Positions 12,573 to 24,799 of a stretch of 64,000 nt of DNA are shown piece by piece. The position numbers and the translations under genes were made by a program. A model generated the notes under the pieces. That model searched no databases. It was not told the DNA's origin and worked only from the letters and a program-made list of their open reading frames with translations. The stretch spans positions 243,598,001 to 243,662,000 of the forward strand of contig OZ024743.1 of the NCBI GenBank assembly GCA_964016885.1, given 5' to 3'. Every line of letters starts with the position of its first letter. Position 1 is the first letter of the stretch. This DNA is from Eledone cirrhosa. Taxonomy: Eukaryota.

Positions 12573-13568
12573 AATATAATACATTTGATACCTGGTGTAT
12601 CTATGTGCTGGATTATTTGTGCGGTTGTTAAGCATTGACCATAAGTACAATATAGCACTGCTAATAGGATACAAAATATGGATATTTATATCAGCTACAA
12701 CTACAAAGAGAAATCATTTGACATTATGCATCATTTCATAAGATTCATACCTACATAACTGAATGGTTAACAAGTTTGCTTTGCAATCATGTTTGATTTT
12801 ACTGTGTAGCATGCTAGGTAAGTGTTTTCTGCTAAAACCTTTAGTGGATGGAAAATGAGGAAACCTTTTAAATATTCTTCAGCTTTAGTTGAAAGACCCA
12901 GCAATTGTCATGCTAATACAGAAGATTGTTAAGGATACAAGTATTTGTAATTTAGAATTAATTTTTTTTCAGGGGCATGACAGCTTCTCTACTGTTGGTG
13001 AGTTCCATGATGAACTCACTCAGTACACTCAGTAGTTGGTGATAAGAAGGTCCATAGAAAACTTGCCAGACAAGGAAGTGGGAGGACTCTTCAGTCATTT
13101 CAAGGCCATAACCTCCCTGGTACTGGTGTCATGATAAAATATACTTGGGATTGTATATAAGTTAATCTTGTGGGCCTCTGTCCCAACTGAGCACTCAGTA
13201 GGGTACAGGAACATAAATAAAATGCAGGCATCTGGTCACCATGGGGTCAATACCTCTGTTTTGTGTACCAACCCAGTCTGCTGGCGACACATCCAACCCT
13301 TGCTAACAGGGAAAGCAAATGTTAAACAATTATGATGATGAAATTAAGTGGTGTGGCTAAACAGTTAGTAATATTAGCCTGTATAATATATCCTTATCAT
13401 GAAAGATATTTAGCTGTAAGTAACTAAAATTGAAGAACATAAATTTTCGCCAAGTTTTACATTTTTTACATTGCTGATGTTGTTTACTATTTTCTCTATT
13501 GTTGGTGTTTTACATAGTTTTTTTCTTTTCTTTATTGCAGGTCTTCTTAGACATGATTGCAACTTCAT

Positions 13569-15875
13569 ATGACTATTCCAAGTGTAAGCCATTTCTCTTT
13601 ATGGCCTTGTAAACAATCACCTCAACAGTCTTGTTGCCATCTCACGTACCTGTTTTCTGTTATTGATGAATTCCTCTTGCCATGTTTCCATTGGTTTGCG
13701 CAAGTGGCAACATTATTGGATCCAGTTACAAACTCAAACGAACCACTACAAAATTGTTCATCTTTTTACAATCTTGTGCAATATCTACATGGTATTGCAC
13801 ATGAACACTTGATTGTTCAAGTTGTGTGTAGCTGTGTGCAATACCTTTCAATTTTGGCCTGGAAATTACAAAGATCTGGAGAAGAACACCTTAGCTATGA
13901 TGACTACTGTTTAACTGCTGAAGTTAGCCGACATGTTAGCTGTGTATTGAAGGAGCCTGTATGTGGCCATAATTCTGACAGACCTCTATCAGTGATGGCT
14001 GTTGAAACGTCTACCATCCGTGGGCCTTTTAATAGTGTCCTAAACTCTGCCCGTCCCACTGTCTGTATCAAACGTCTTAGCGAGTGTTTTGATGACTGGC
14101 AACTATCAGAGGGCATACACAAGAAATTGAACCGCTTGCCCTGTAAAACATCACCCAAGCAATTGACTTGTAAACGAGTTGTTAAGAAATACTCCCAGTT
14201 GAAAAAGTCTCCAAGCACTGAATTTAAACGGAAATTGTTTGTGTATTCTGCTGACTCACCTGGTCAGTCGCCCACTCATTTGTCTGTGACGCAGTCCAGC
14301 GACAACATACTTGACAATACACTGAAAGAAAAATTATTTAATGGACATATGGAGGAAGACCATTCTAATGTAGAAGTTAGTCATGATGAATGTAATGATA
14401 ATTCAACACACTCTTTGTCTGCAGAAAATCTCAACTCATCAAATGGTAAGTCACTGCAACTTGCCTGTAGTCTTGTAAGGCGGAAATATGTTCGCTTTTG
14501 GCGTAAACCTCTTGAATGTCCTGTTTCTACTGGATCCACGGGAGAGCGTCGTATCCTGAAAAACGTGCGACTGTGCGATGTTTTCAAGCCAGGTTCTGAT
14601 AAATGTCAACATGGTCAACTACCCGAAAACTTAATTATTCCTGATTCCTGTTCTAAAAAATCTTCTAGCACCAATTCCATTTCTGAAAATGAACATCACA
14701 TTCCTGAAAGACAACAATCTGCTGATGTTCATTGGAAGTCTGAAGAAAAAAATATATTCTCTCTGTTTAAGAACTCAGAGACTGTAAAAAACTGTCTAAA
14801 TGCAAATGAAAAGCAAACATGTGTAAAACATGACATTGTCTCCAGTGAATCATCTGTTGACTCAAGTAAAAAATGTCCAAAGACCACTACAGGCAGCCTT
14901 TTATTGCATCAAGAGAAAGTCATAAATGGAACTGACTCTAAGATTTGTGTCAACTTTACTGACCAGTCCATTGATTGCTTAAAGCACAGTATCTACTCGG
15001 AAACACTTAAGTCAGAGTTAGAAAGCGATCCTGTTGGCAGTTCTTTTGACAAGAGCTCCCATCAAGGTTGTTTTTCTGAAGACTCTGCCTTTAGCAGTGG
15101 CAGCAATTGTAGCGTTGAACCCCTAGAACACGTAAACAAAATGACTAGAGTGCCGCAAGAGACAGAACGTAAGGCAACTAAACGACCATCTTATACCTAT
15201 AACTATTTTACTAATTGTGAACAAGAAGGTCCTCGGATACGGCGAAGACGTATGTGTCCATGCTGTATGTCTTCATCACCAGAGAAAAAGAGGCGGCGAC
15301 GATCAAGGTCGTGTGCTTATGAGTTGCCTGGTAATTCCCAGCCTTTTGTTCAGAATACATTAAGACTAATCTCATTGCGTAACAAGTTACATTTGCTGTT
15401 TTCAGTATTATTTCCAAAACTTTATCCTTTTCTGGAGTCCATTCGGTCCGACTCAGAGGATGTAGATGTTTTAATCAGTGAAGCTATTTCTTCTGTGGAA
15501 ACAGGTAAACCAGCATCATCTGAAAAAACATCGTTGCCTCTGTTGTCATCATCATCGTCGTCATCATCATCATCATCATCATTGCTCACTTCTTTATGTT
15601 CCATGGGTGCAGACAATACCAGTGTGAATAAGATAAACATTAAAACATTACACGGTCGAGCTATGTTGCTGGACATGAAAGTAAGTTTGTGTAAGTCACC
15701 AGAGAAGTGTCTTCTATTGTTGCAGCAAAAGACAATGACCTTTCTCAAAGTGTTGCTACCCAATGTCCCATTTCAGCAGGAAGTTTTTCATCAGATATCT
15801 TCTGAACACCTTGAATATATGCTTGATCTTATTGTTAGCAGCAACCAAGGCACAGCAGCACCTTCAAATCTTTGA
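13569..15875 (+). CDS. Uncharacterised 768-aa probable nuclear protein encoded in one large exon: helical N-terminus, Ser-rich disordered middle, basic NLS-like clusters around CPCC, two C-terminal MORC3/4-tail-like helical motifs
   Basis: 2.3-kb uninterrupted ORF in AT-rich DNA; strong acceptor ttttcttttctttattgcag| at 13540/13541; first in-frame ATG 13569; stop TGA 15873-15875; AT-rich 3' UTR with AATAAA near 16488 and 16512. Confidence 0.9.
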   Translation: MTIPSVSHFSLWPCKQSPQQSCCHLTYLFSVIDEFLLPCFHWFAQVATLLDPVTNSNEPLQNCSSFYNLVQYLHGIAHEHLIVQVVCSCVQYLSILAWKLQRSGEEHLSYDDYCLTAEVSRHVSCVLKEPVCGHNSDRPLSVMAVETSTIRGPFNSVLNSARPTVCIKRLSECFDDWQLSEGIHKKLNRLPCKTSPKQLTCKRVVKKYSQLKKSPSTEFKRKLFVYSADSPGQSPTHLSVTQSSDNILDNTLKEKLFNGHMEEDHSNVEVSHDECNDNSTHSLSAENLNSSNGKSLQLACSLVRRKYVRFWRKPLECPVSTGSTGERRILKNVRLCDVFKPGSDKCQHGQLPENLIIPDSCSKKSSSTNSISENEHHIPERQQSADVHWKSEEKNIFSLFKNSETVKNCLNANEKQTCVKHDIVSSESSVDSSKKCPKTTTGSLLLHQEKVINGTDSKICVNFTDQSIDCLKHSIYSETLKSELESDPVGSSFDKSSHQGCFSEDSAFSSGSNCSVEPLEHVNKMTRVPQETERKATKRPSYTYNYFTNCEQEGPRIRRRRMCPCCMSSSPEKKRRRRSRSCAYELPGNSQPFVQNTLRLISLRNKLHLLFSVLFPKLYPFLESIRSDSEDVDVLISEAISSVETGKPASSEKTSLPLLSSSSSSSSSSSSLLTSLCSMGADNTSVNKINIKTLHGRAMLLDMKVSLCKSPEKCLLLLQQKTMTFLKVLLPNVPFQQEVFHQISSEHLEYMLDLIVSSNQGTAAPSNL

Positions 15876-17929
15876 TAAACTTCAACATTCTTGATGACTG
15901 TGATATATGCATTTATTTTTATTTCACTTTTGTTGTTTTTTTAAAATAATTTTCTTTTTCATTTCATTCTTTTGTTTATTTCACACTGTTAGTTCATATG
16001 AAGCAAAAACAAAACCAAAAAATAACAAAAACAAAACTTTATTTTTGGCAGTATTTTATATCTGAAGAAAAACTTACCTCATTTGTCTCCTAAAGAAAAA
16101 AAAAAATCTCTGTCTCTCACTCTTTGTCTTTCTCTCTATCTCTCCCTCCTTTTTTACTTCCTTATTTTCTCGACACCTTCATATCTACCCTATCTTCTCA
16201 CATACTCATTTTTCCTGTCTGTTTTTCCTTCTCTCTTTTTCTTCTATTACATATGTAATAATTGAAAAGAAAGAGGAAAGGGAATGGAGACACCCCTTCC
16301 ACCAACAAATAATGTATTTGCAGTTGTATCAGGGCTGTTAGTGTAGTATAGCTAATGCATGGGTGGGAGTGGGATTGAAAGTTTTAGATAAACAAACAAG
16401 GTAAAGTTGGTTCACTTGTCTTGCTTACATTTTTCAATAATTTGTTTTATCTGTTATTGAGGTATTATATCTTTGAAGGGATGTAAAAATAAAGAATTCC
16501 CTGACTAATGCAATAAAAGAAATTATTAGTATTTGACTGGAGAATATGATTTTTTAGAATTTATTACACCATTACTACTGCCGTTAAAAAATTAAAATAA
16601 AATATTATTAAAAAAGTAAGTAGCATTTTATTTAAAATATTGTCTTTTTTTTAATATTTCGAAAATAGATTTGTTTAGAGACCAAATCAGAAAGTAGATA
16701 ATATCTGAGAAGAGCAAGCTTAAATTAGGAGAGAGAGAGAGGGATTATATAGATACAGTCTATACTGTGATAATTGCTGGCCTTGTGACAAAAGTAGAAA
16801 CAATTATATTTCTAATGAAAGACACTGACTATAATTTTCAAATAATTTCAAAAATAATTGAGAACTTGTAAAGATTTAGTAATATAATTAGCTTTCTCAT
16901 TATTAAACTGGTGTTTGGAACTTAACAAAGGTCTTTACATAAAATTTTACGGAAGGTTTTTAGATAAATATTAACACTTTAGATAAGTAGTTTAGCAGTG
17001 TAGAAGCAGGAGCAGTTTCATGCTGTTTTGTATCAAGAGTTAACATATAAAGAATAAGCAAATGAATATTTGGTCTGTTGATCATGAATGTGAGACTTTG
17101 TGTGAAAACAAACTCCTACAGTTATTTTCATATTTCATAGCTTGTTCCAAGTTTCTGTTGTGTAATTATATATTTTTGTGGCATTTGTACAAAAGTAGAA
17201 TAATTTAGTCCAGTGGTAATGGGTTCAAGTTCATTCATAAATATGAAACTTAACCTCACTCTACTATCTTAATAAAAAATAGATATTGGATAGTGTAGTC
17301 CTAGCTACACAATTCCAAAAAAACAATTGTATGGTTGTGACTTGAATCTGGTTTTCTCATATATGGTGTGACTGGCTGATAATATCTGTGCTGGACGTTT
17401 GTGATTGCTATGGATATCCTAGTTGGAGTTGGCTCAATCCATCTTTGGTGAAGTCCGGTTCAAGTACATGATTTGAATGCCTTTGATCAATTAGATCTGA
17501 TTTGAAGTTAAATAGCAACTACTGCTGGTGACATAAATAAATAAGCAATGTTTTTCAATGACTTGGTAACAGATAGTGTGTATTGTCATGAGGTTCTTTT
17601 CAGGAATATACACACCCACCACTGCCAAGTTATGCAAAAATACAGCTTTTATTCTTAGTTGAAATGCAAACCCTCTCTTATCTGTATGATCTAAAAGTAA
17701 AGACAATACAAGCCAGATAACAATGCCTGCATCTCCTAATTAATGACAAAGTCACAATTGATCAATTACCAAGAGAAAAACGTTAGTTATTGAGAAACTT
17801 GTATGTAGGTATAAACATATGGATGTTATTAAGACTAGTAAGTCCATTAATCAACTTAATATTCCATACTTAAGGGAATTAGTGTAAAGACATATGTGCA
17901 CAGACACACACACACATATATAATTATCA

Positions 17930-18960
17930 TCATTATTTTATGTCTATCTTTCCATACTTGCATAGGTTGGATGGGTCCTCCAATACAGCATCCTTCTATT
18001 CATTGCATTCCCTCATCATCTTTGCTGTAAACCTCAGTGATTTACTTCCATTGGAATTTCCCAGCACTTCTTTCCTCAACAATCATCATCCATATGAATC
18101 ATATCCACCCTCTTGCACACTACATCTGAATCCTTTTATACCTAGTTTTTCTCTCAGATCATCCATGCTTCGTTGTTCACACTCATTAACATTGCACATC
18201 CATTGGAGTATACTCACTTCATTTCTCTCTTGCCTTCGCATATCCTCACCATTTACAGTCCATATTTCACTACCATACAACATTTCAAATCATGAGAGCA
18301 TCATACAGCTGGCCTTTCATTGGAGAGAAAAAGTTTTGTTGTTATCAGAGGTAGTAGTTCCTTGAACTTTTTTTCATCCTGTTCTTATTTTAGCTACTAT
18401 ACTTTCAGAGTGTCATCTGCCACTGCTAATTAGGTCACTTAGGTAGTAGGAGCTATCAACTACTTTTATGTAACTGGCTTGCGATTGGAAGAAGTTTATT
18501 TCACTGATCTTACAACCAAGTATCCCTGAACATCTGCCACATACAAAGTCTATCTTTCTGTTAGTCTGCTTCTGTAGTCCACTCCACTTCTAGATTTACA
18601 TTGTACCCTAGATTTACCTTAGATTCACATTGTGTACATGATATAGACTGCAATTCTAGATATTGCGCAAGACCACTTCCCTGAAGGGATCAGCAGCCTG
18701 TCTTTCCTACTTACTAAAACTTTGGTTTTGGCTAAATTTACTCTGAGCCCATTTGATTCTAAGTTCTCTTTCCACATCTGGAATTTCTTCTCAAGTTTTA
18801 CTGCAAATTCAGCTATAAGAACCAGGTCATCAGCATTCAGAAGTTCCCATGGACAGCCTATCTTAAACTCCTCTGTTATGGCCTGGAGAACTATAATAAA
18901 CTGAGTTCCTCATTAAATTCATTACCTACTCTCATTTTACTGATAAGTCCTTTATACATA
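17930..18960 (-). mobile_element. Degenerate RTE RT/C-terminal fragment (further relics at 21490-21770(-), 29040-29200(+), 35100-35520(+))
   Basis: MLYGSEIWTVNGEDMRRQERNEVSILQWMC and QAITEEFKIGCPWELLNADDL motifs. Confidence 0.85.
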
Positions 18961-19609
18961 ACAACCTCCCTAGTGTTGGTACCATGATAAAATGCTCTTG
19001 GTAGCATCTGGGAATATATATGAGCAAAGCCCTGACCTATGTGAGAGCTCAGTAACTATGATTACTGGTTCAATCTTTGAAGACCTGCCTATTCTTTGCT
19101 TGCAGGGAAGATGGATGTTAAATGATGACTATGATATGTGTGTGCATATAAAAAAAATTCAAGTACAGGCACCACTTGATCTAAACGACTTCCATGAATG
19201 TTGCGTGAGCATGGCCTTTTCTTTCGCTGTACCATATTCAGAAAGGAATCTAACTCCTTGGGAGGGCTAAAAGGTCATGTTTGTGCTACCCATGTATGAG
19301 GAAAAAGTTAAGGGATAACAATTTTCGAAACTGAGGTGCAGCCAATATATATATATATATACACATACACACTTACATATATGTGTGTGTCTCATCATTG
19401 TCGTTTAACGTCCATTTTCCATGCTAGCATGGAGCAGTATATATATATCTGGTTGAAGTGAAGATATAGTAGTGGTAGAAGAGTCAGTGAAAAGAAACAA
19501 GCCATTTGTTTGCTCACTTTTTAGCAAGAACTAAGTGCTAGACACAAATATGATTTAGACCCACAAGCCACACACATAATAAACAAATTATAAACCTAGA
19601 TTAATTTTG

Positions 19610-20110
19610 ATCAACAGAACAGTCTGCTTCTTGATATTGACATGCAAGTGGCTGAGCATTCCACAGACACATGCACCTTTAATGTAATTTTCTGGTAGAT
19701 TCAGAATGATTTTATGTGTAACAAGGCTGGTCCTTTTGAATTCTAGGTACAATTCATTTTTGCCAGCTGTGAGGACTGGACCAGTGTGAAAAGGTGTCTT
19801 GCTCAAGGACACAATGTGTGGCCTGATCCAAGAATCAATCTCTAGGCTTTGTGTTTATGAGCTGATCACACTAAGCCATGTGCCTTCACAAGCAGTCCAT
19901 AGACATGTGTACATTTAACATACTTCTCAGGGAGATTCAGCATGACACTGTGGGACAAACCTGGTCATTTGGATTATATGTACAACTCATTTTTGCCAGG
20001 TGTGTGGAATGCAACAATGTGAAATAAAGTGTCTCGCACAAGAACACAATGTACCACCAAGAATTGAACCCACAAACTTATGATTATGAGCCAAACTCCC
20101 AAGCCACTAA
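19610..20110 (-). mobile_element. Two tandem CORE-type SINEs. Other copies at about 1-85, 6510-6586, 9430-9560, 40370-40905, 44305-44425, 53090-53345, 59445-59545
   Basis: Reverse complement of the CORE-like gtgtccttgagcaagacacttt motif next to a tRNA-like head. Confidence 0.7.
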
Positions 20111-20459
20111 TACTTCATCATTTGTGCATCGACTTTTCCATGCTGGCTTGGGTTAAATAGAACATTTGGAGGTAATGCTTTACAGCTAGATGCTCTTCCT
20201 TGCACAAACCCTTTTACTCGCTTCTTACAATATGCAGGGATATGGTGTACCTATTCTAAACTGGATATATATATATATATGCATATGTGATTGTGTTTTT
20301 GCCAAAAAAAAAAAGCATCCAGTTCACCCTGTAAGTTGGTAGTGCTGGTGCCATGAATAAAGCTCACAGCACACTTTGTGGTTGGTATTAGGAAGTGCAT
20401 CCAGTTGTTGAAATCCCAGCCCCAAACGGATTGTATGGGCAAGACATGGTCAACTTACC

Positions 20460-20920
20460 TGTCTAGTCACATGTGGGTCAAATACCTTGTCAATATTTCT
20501 TTGAACTATCAAGAGAAGTTGTCCAATTAACTTAGTAGTATGTTCCTTCCACTATGTTACTCTTTTCTTGGGGCTTTCAGCTTTTATCTTACCTTAGTAG
20601 GATTTCTTTCATCCAGTTATTGATAACACTCCATGCAAGCTTAACTTTTTGAATTAAGTGGGCATTATGCAATAGTTCTATTTTCTCCCTAATGTAGCTT
20701 TCTTGTTCTTTGTTATAAACATCGTCCAGATTTCCTTTATCTTCAATTAGAAGCTGTTTGTTTCTTTCAGTCGAATGAAGTATTTAGAATAGGCACTTTT
20801 TAAATTTTTCCTTTTCCGTACTTCTTCGTTTTCTCATGGGACCTTCTTCTTTGTTTTCTGCAGTTTCAAAGATATGTGCAGTTCTGCAGCCTTTTTTTAT
20901 CTGCTTCAGTTCTCATATGT
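20460..20920 (-). mobile_element. Highly degenerate LINE C-terminal relic
   Basis: Reverse strand is purine-rich coding-like sequence with RTE-like C-terminal residues and many stops. Confidence 0.35.
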
Positions 20921-22018
20921 TAATTAGTTTCTGCTATATATAAGTGTGTGTGTGAGCAAAACCTGACCTAACATTGCCCACAACAGAACAACTCTTCTAA
21001 CCCATGCCAGTGTGAAAAAATGGATGTAAAACAATAATGATATACATATAAAATGAAACTTGTAATAAAAGGATCCAGTAAAACTTTTAGAGCCACTAAA
21101 GGAAATATGCCACATAAAGAAACATTTTAATCATCAACCCTTTCATTACCCTATTTCATAGACACTGGTTATGATTTTCATATAAATTTTAAAATAAAGA
21201 ATTTGGAGGCATTTAATAATATAACTAAATATAACTTTCTCATTATTACGCTGGGGTTTGGAACATAATTTAAAGGTTCTTACATAAAATTATGATGGAA
21301 GGTTTTTAGACAAATATAAACAGTTTAATAGAAATAGTTTTGTATCAGAATCAGAAGCAGTTTGGTATCAAAAGTGTTAATAAAAGACAATTAGGGTATG
21401 GTATGGAATCAGTTTCTTCTTTGTGTCTTGTGTGATTTTGAGTTTGTTGTCAGCAGAAACATGGTTCTGTTTTTTCCAGTCTATCTTTCATTCATAAATA
21501 GAAAGATTTTTGCATCTTGTTCATATTCTAGCTGCTATACTCTCAGATCAACCTCCTCCACGTCAAATTAGAGCCTTCTGGAGGTTGAAAAAGTTAATTT
21601 CGCTGATACTTTTACCACCAAGTATCCATGTACATATGCCACATACAAAGCCTACTTTTTCTGTTAGTTTATTTTCTATTCCACTACATCATATAGTGTT
21701 CCTACCTACTCCTTTTCTACATATCGAGCTATGGGATCAGGGCCCTGTCTTCTCTCCTACTTACTAAAACACATGCATACATTACATTTCAGAATAGTTT
21801 TCCAACATATACATATATATATATATGGAAAGCAGATGTTAAATGATAATGATATACACACTTATCCAAAGTTAAGTTTTCATGTGTTACTACATGGAGT
21901 TTCTTGTTATCAATTCTTAGGTGATTTTGTAATGAGAAACTCCAAATAGTAGCCCTTAATATTATTATTTAAATTTTTTTTTATTTTTCACTGCTTTGCA
22001 TTTCACCATTTAGTTACT

Positions 22019-22046
<28 letters not shown>

Positions 22047-22049
<3 letters not shown>

Positions 22050-22232
22050 ATTAAATTAGAATTAGATGATTTTGTATATTTTTGACTAAATAAAATAGTC
22101 TAATGGAAAATGATGGCCATCAGCACACATGGGGGTTGATGGCCATATTTTTCCTGTTGAGTGGAGCTTATACGCCTTAGACTATTTTGTTTAGTCAAAA
22201 ATACAGTGAATCTAATTTTAATTTAGTTTTAA
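22047..22232. mobile_element. Palindromic MITE-like element between (TA)n tracts
   Basis: Inverted arms tttttgactaaataaaatagtctaa / ttagactattttgtttagtcaaaaa plus inner tggccatcagc / gttgatggcca hairpin. Confidence 0.7.
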
Positions 22233-22301
22233 AATTCGACTCACTGTTTTCTAAACCACACACACATTATAGATATGTATATATATATATTTATATATGT
22301 A

Positions 22302-22344
<43 letters not shown>

Positions 22345-23220
22345 TTACATTGCTTGACATAGGTTATGAATTTGGCAATTCACATTATCTTGTTCTTCAG
22401 CTGACTGACTTGTCTATAATCTCTGGTTTACATCAATGTTATATTGAAAGATAAGTCTGAAAGATATTATGAACGAGTGCAGTACATTCTTAGTTCTCAG
22501 CATACAAAATTAACAATAATTGTTACACTTTTTGATTAAACTACTGTTTTCATCACACACTAGTGTGGCATTGACTTCTCATCTGCAAACTAAATTTGGT
22601 TTTTAGTTCCAATTGAAACTGCTTCCATTATATAGCATATACACAAAAAGAGTCACAAGCACACAGCTTTTACCACGCCTAAATCATTGGCTTTATGCAA
22701 ATATAACAATCTCTTAGTTACAGTGCTTGGTTCAATAGTATGTCCTCATGAACTGAATTATCTATTATCAGTTAAAACCATTTGTGTAACTTTATGAACT
22801 TCAGCAAGGCAGAAATGTCCATTTATCTTTTATTGTGACACCAGCACTAGGGAGATTGTCAAGTCCTCAACAAGACTAAACAATTCTCTCTACCCTATGC
22901 TGTCACTGTTCAATCGTAGCACCATCACTCGAGAAGTTTTCATGTCCAATTAATATATGAGAGAGTAAGAGATCATTAATTTTGCAATCAGAATTTTATT
23001 TTAAAAATGTTATTATTTTATTGAAATTGTTGAAATTTGGTTACTATTTTGTTTAACCAACTCCACAGTTTGTCTTATTGTCTGTTATTGCCATAGTTAC
23101 TCATAGCCGTCTTTCCAAATTATTTTTGCCTTTTTGTTGGTTCTCTTTTTTCCCAGCCTCTCTTCATATTTTCATTTTTCACGTCTATTTTTTTTTTTTT
23201 TTGTGTAATTTTTCTTGTAG

Positions 23221-23233
23221 ATATTAATACCCG
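23221..23233 (+). other. Candidate 13-nt microexon (ATATTAATACCCG)
   Basis: Long T tract, then ttcttgtag acceptor and CCG|gtgagt donor. Confidence 0.5.
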
Positions 23234-24799
23234 GTGAGTTTTTACTCAAATAATTTTTAACCTAATATTTTTAAAAATCCAGTTGATAGGAATAATATTG
23301 GTTTATTTAGTATGAAAAATATGTTAAAAAGTTTTAAAAAAAAAGCATATTACAGGACACAAAAAGAAAAATTAAATAATGTGGAAAAAATGTTACTGGG
23401 AAAATTTCCAGCAAAATGTTATTTAGTAGGAAAGTATAATTTTGACATCTCATTATTATGTGGAGAATTGGTCCAACTCTGTAATTAATCATTGTTTAAT
23501 TCATTAATTTTGTCTTCATTTATATTTTAACAATCATTAACAGTATTTGTCTTTCATTTCATTTTAAAATCTGTTGTTTATTTTGAACAAAATATTTAAT
23601 TTCACATAATGAAATTTCAAGGAAATCTAGTTTGATAACAAATAAGAAACTGAAATATTCTGAGATTGACTCAAATATATTTCTCTCCTATTAAATTGGT
23701 TTTATATCTAATGAAGAAATCATTAACACAAACAAGTTTTTTCACTCAACTTTGATTATAACTAATACCTATCAGAGATGCCAGTTTACCATTATGAAGT
23801 AATATTATTTTAATCACTATATGAAGCACCATAGGCAGTATTAAGCCTTTTGCTACCAATCTGGGTCTGGTTCTATAAAACAAACCTCATTTTAAAGGGT
23901 TCCTATTTAAATTATCTTTTAACCTATTTGATATAAGAACCATGTGTTAAGTTACTATCTATTTTAGTAATGAAATAATAATTCTAGTAAATATTTTAAA
24001 ATTCTTCATTGATTAATTGAAATACATTGTATTTTATTAGAAGTGCATTCCTGAAAAAGTTAAAATTTAATAGAATTTTTGTCATGTATCAGTTCTTATA
24101 ATTATATTCAGTTACATATATTTTTTCATCTAACAACCCCCTCTCCTTCCCCAGAAAGAAAGACAATTTCTTACAAGATTTATACTCAGAAGAATTAATT
24201 GAACATTAATTTTTTTTTTTTCATAAAAGGCATATCCTTGCTAAAGATGTCAGTTAGATCCTTCAAGTAGATCACTCTGATTTTCAACCAGTCATCATCA
24301 TCACTAGAATTTATATAACTGTATCACATCATTTGATTACACACTGTTATCATCCTAGTCAAGGTTGTGGCTGTATCAGTGAAGTGAAATTATCACTACT
24401 CTTTCCTTTCTGTGAAGGAGTTACTACATTGAGATATTTTCTTCTTTAAATCCACTCATGAATGAATGAATGGACAAATAACCTCATTAGTAACTGCTAA
24501 TCCATGAAATCATTTAAAGTACATTTTGTTGTTGTTTCCAATCAAGTTGGTTTTATTTTATATATACATGTATAAAAAAATATTTTTAGGTTAAATTTAA
24601 TTTAAGATATTCAGATGAACAAATTAATAATATTAACATTTGCAGTGAGTATCATTGTATGTAGAGATGAGCTGTTAGGAAAATTGAGTGTACAATTTGG
24701 TTTCAATTTTCAATTGCATCAAATTGCTAAAGTTCATTAAACATTTGTCTGTCCAACCATATAAATGAGTGTTCTCAGGACACAACATTCAGTGAAAGA

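Noticed and set aside
3449-13568. Leader exons are open in the same frame as the main ORF (HFAKETTYPF...WYSPRSS) and separated from it only by TAG-ACA-TGA, both editable to Trp
   Set aside because: No ATG in that frame, and a TAA lies just upstream in the candidate first exon; two edits would be needed
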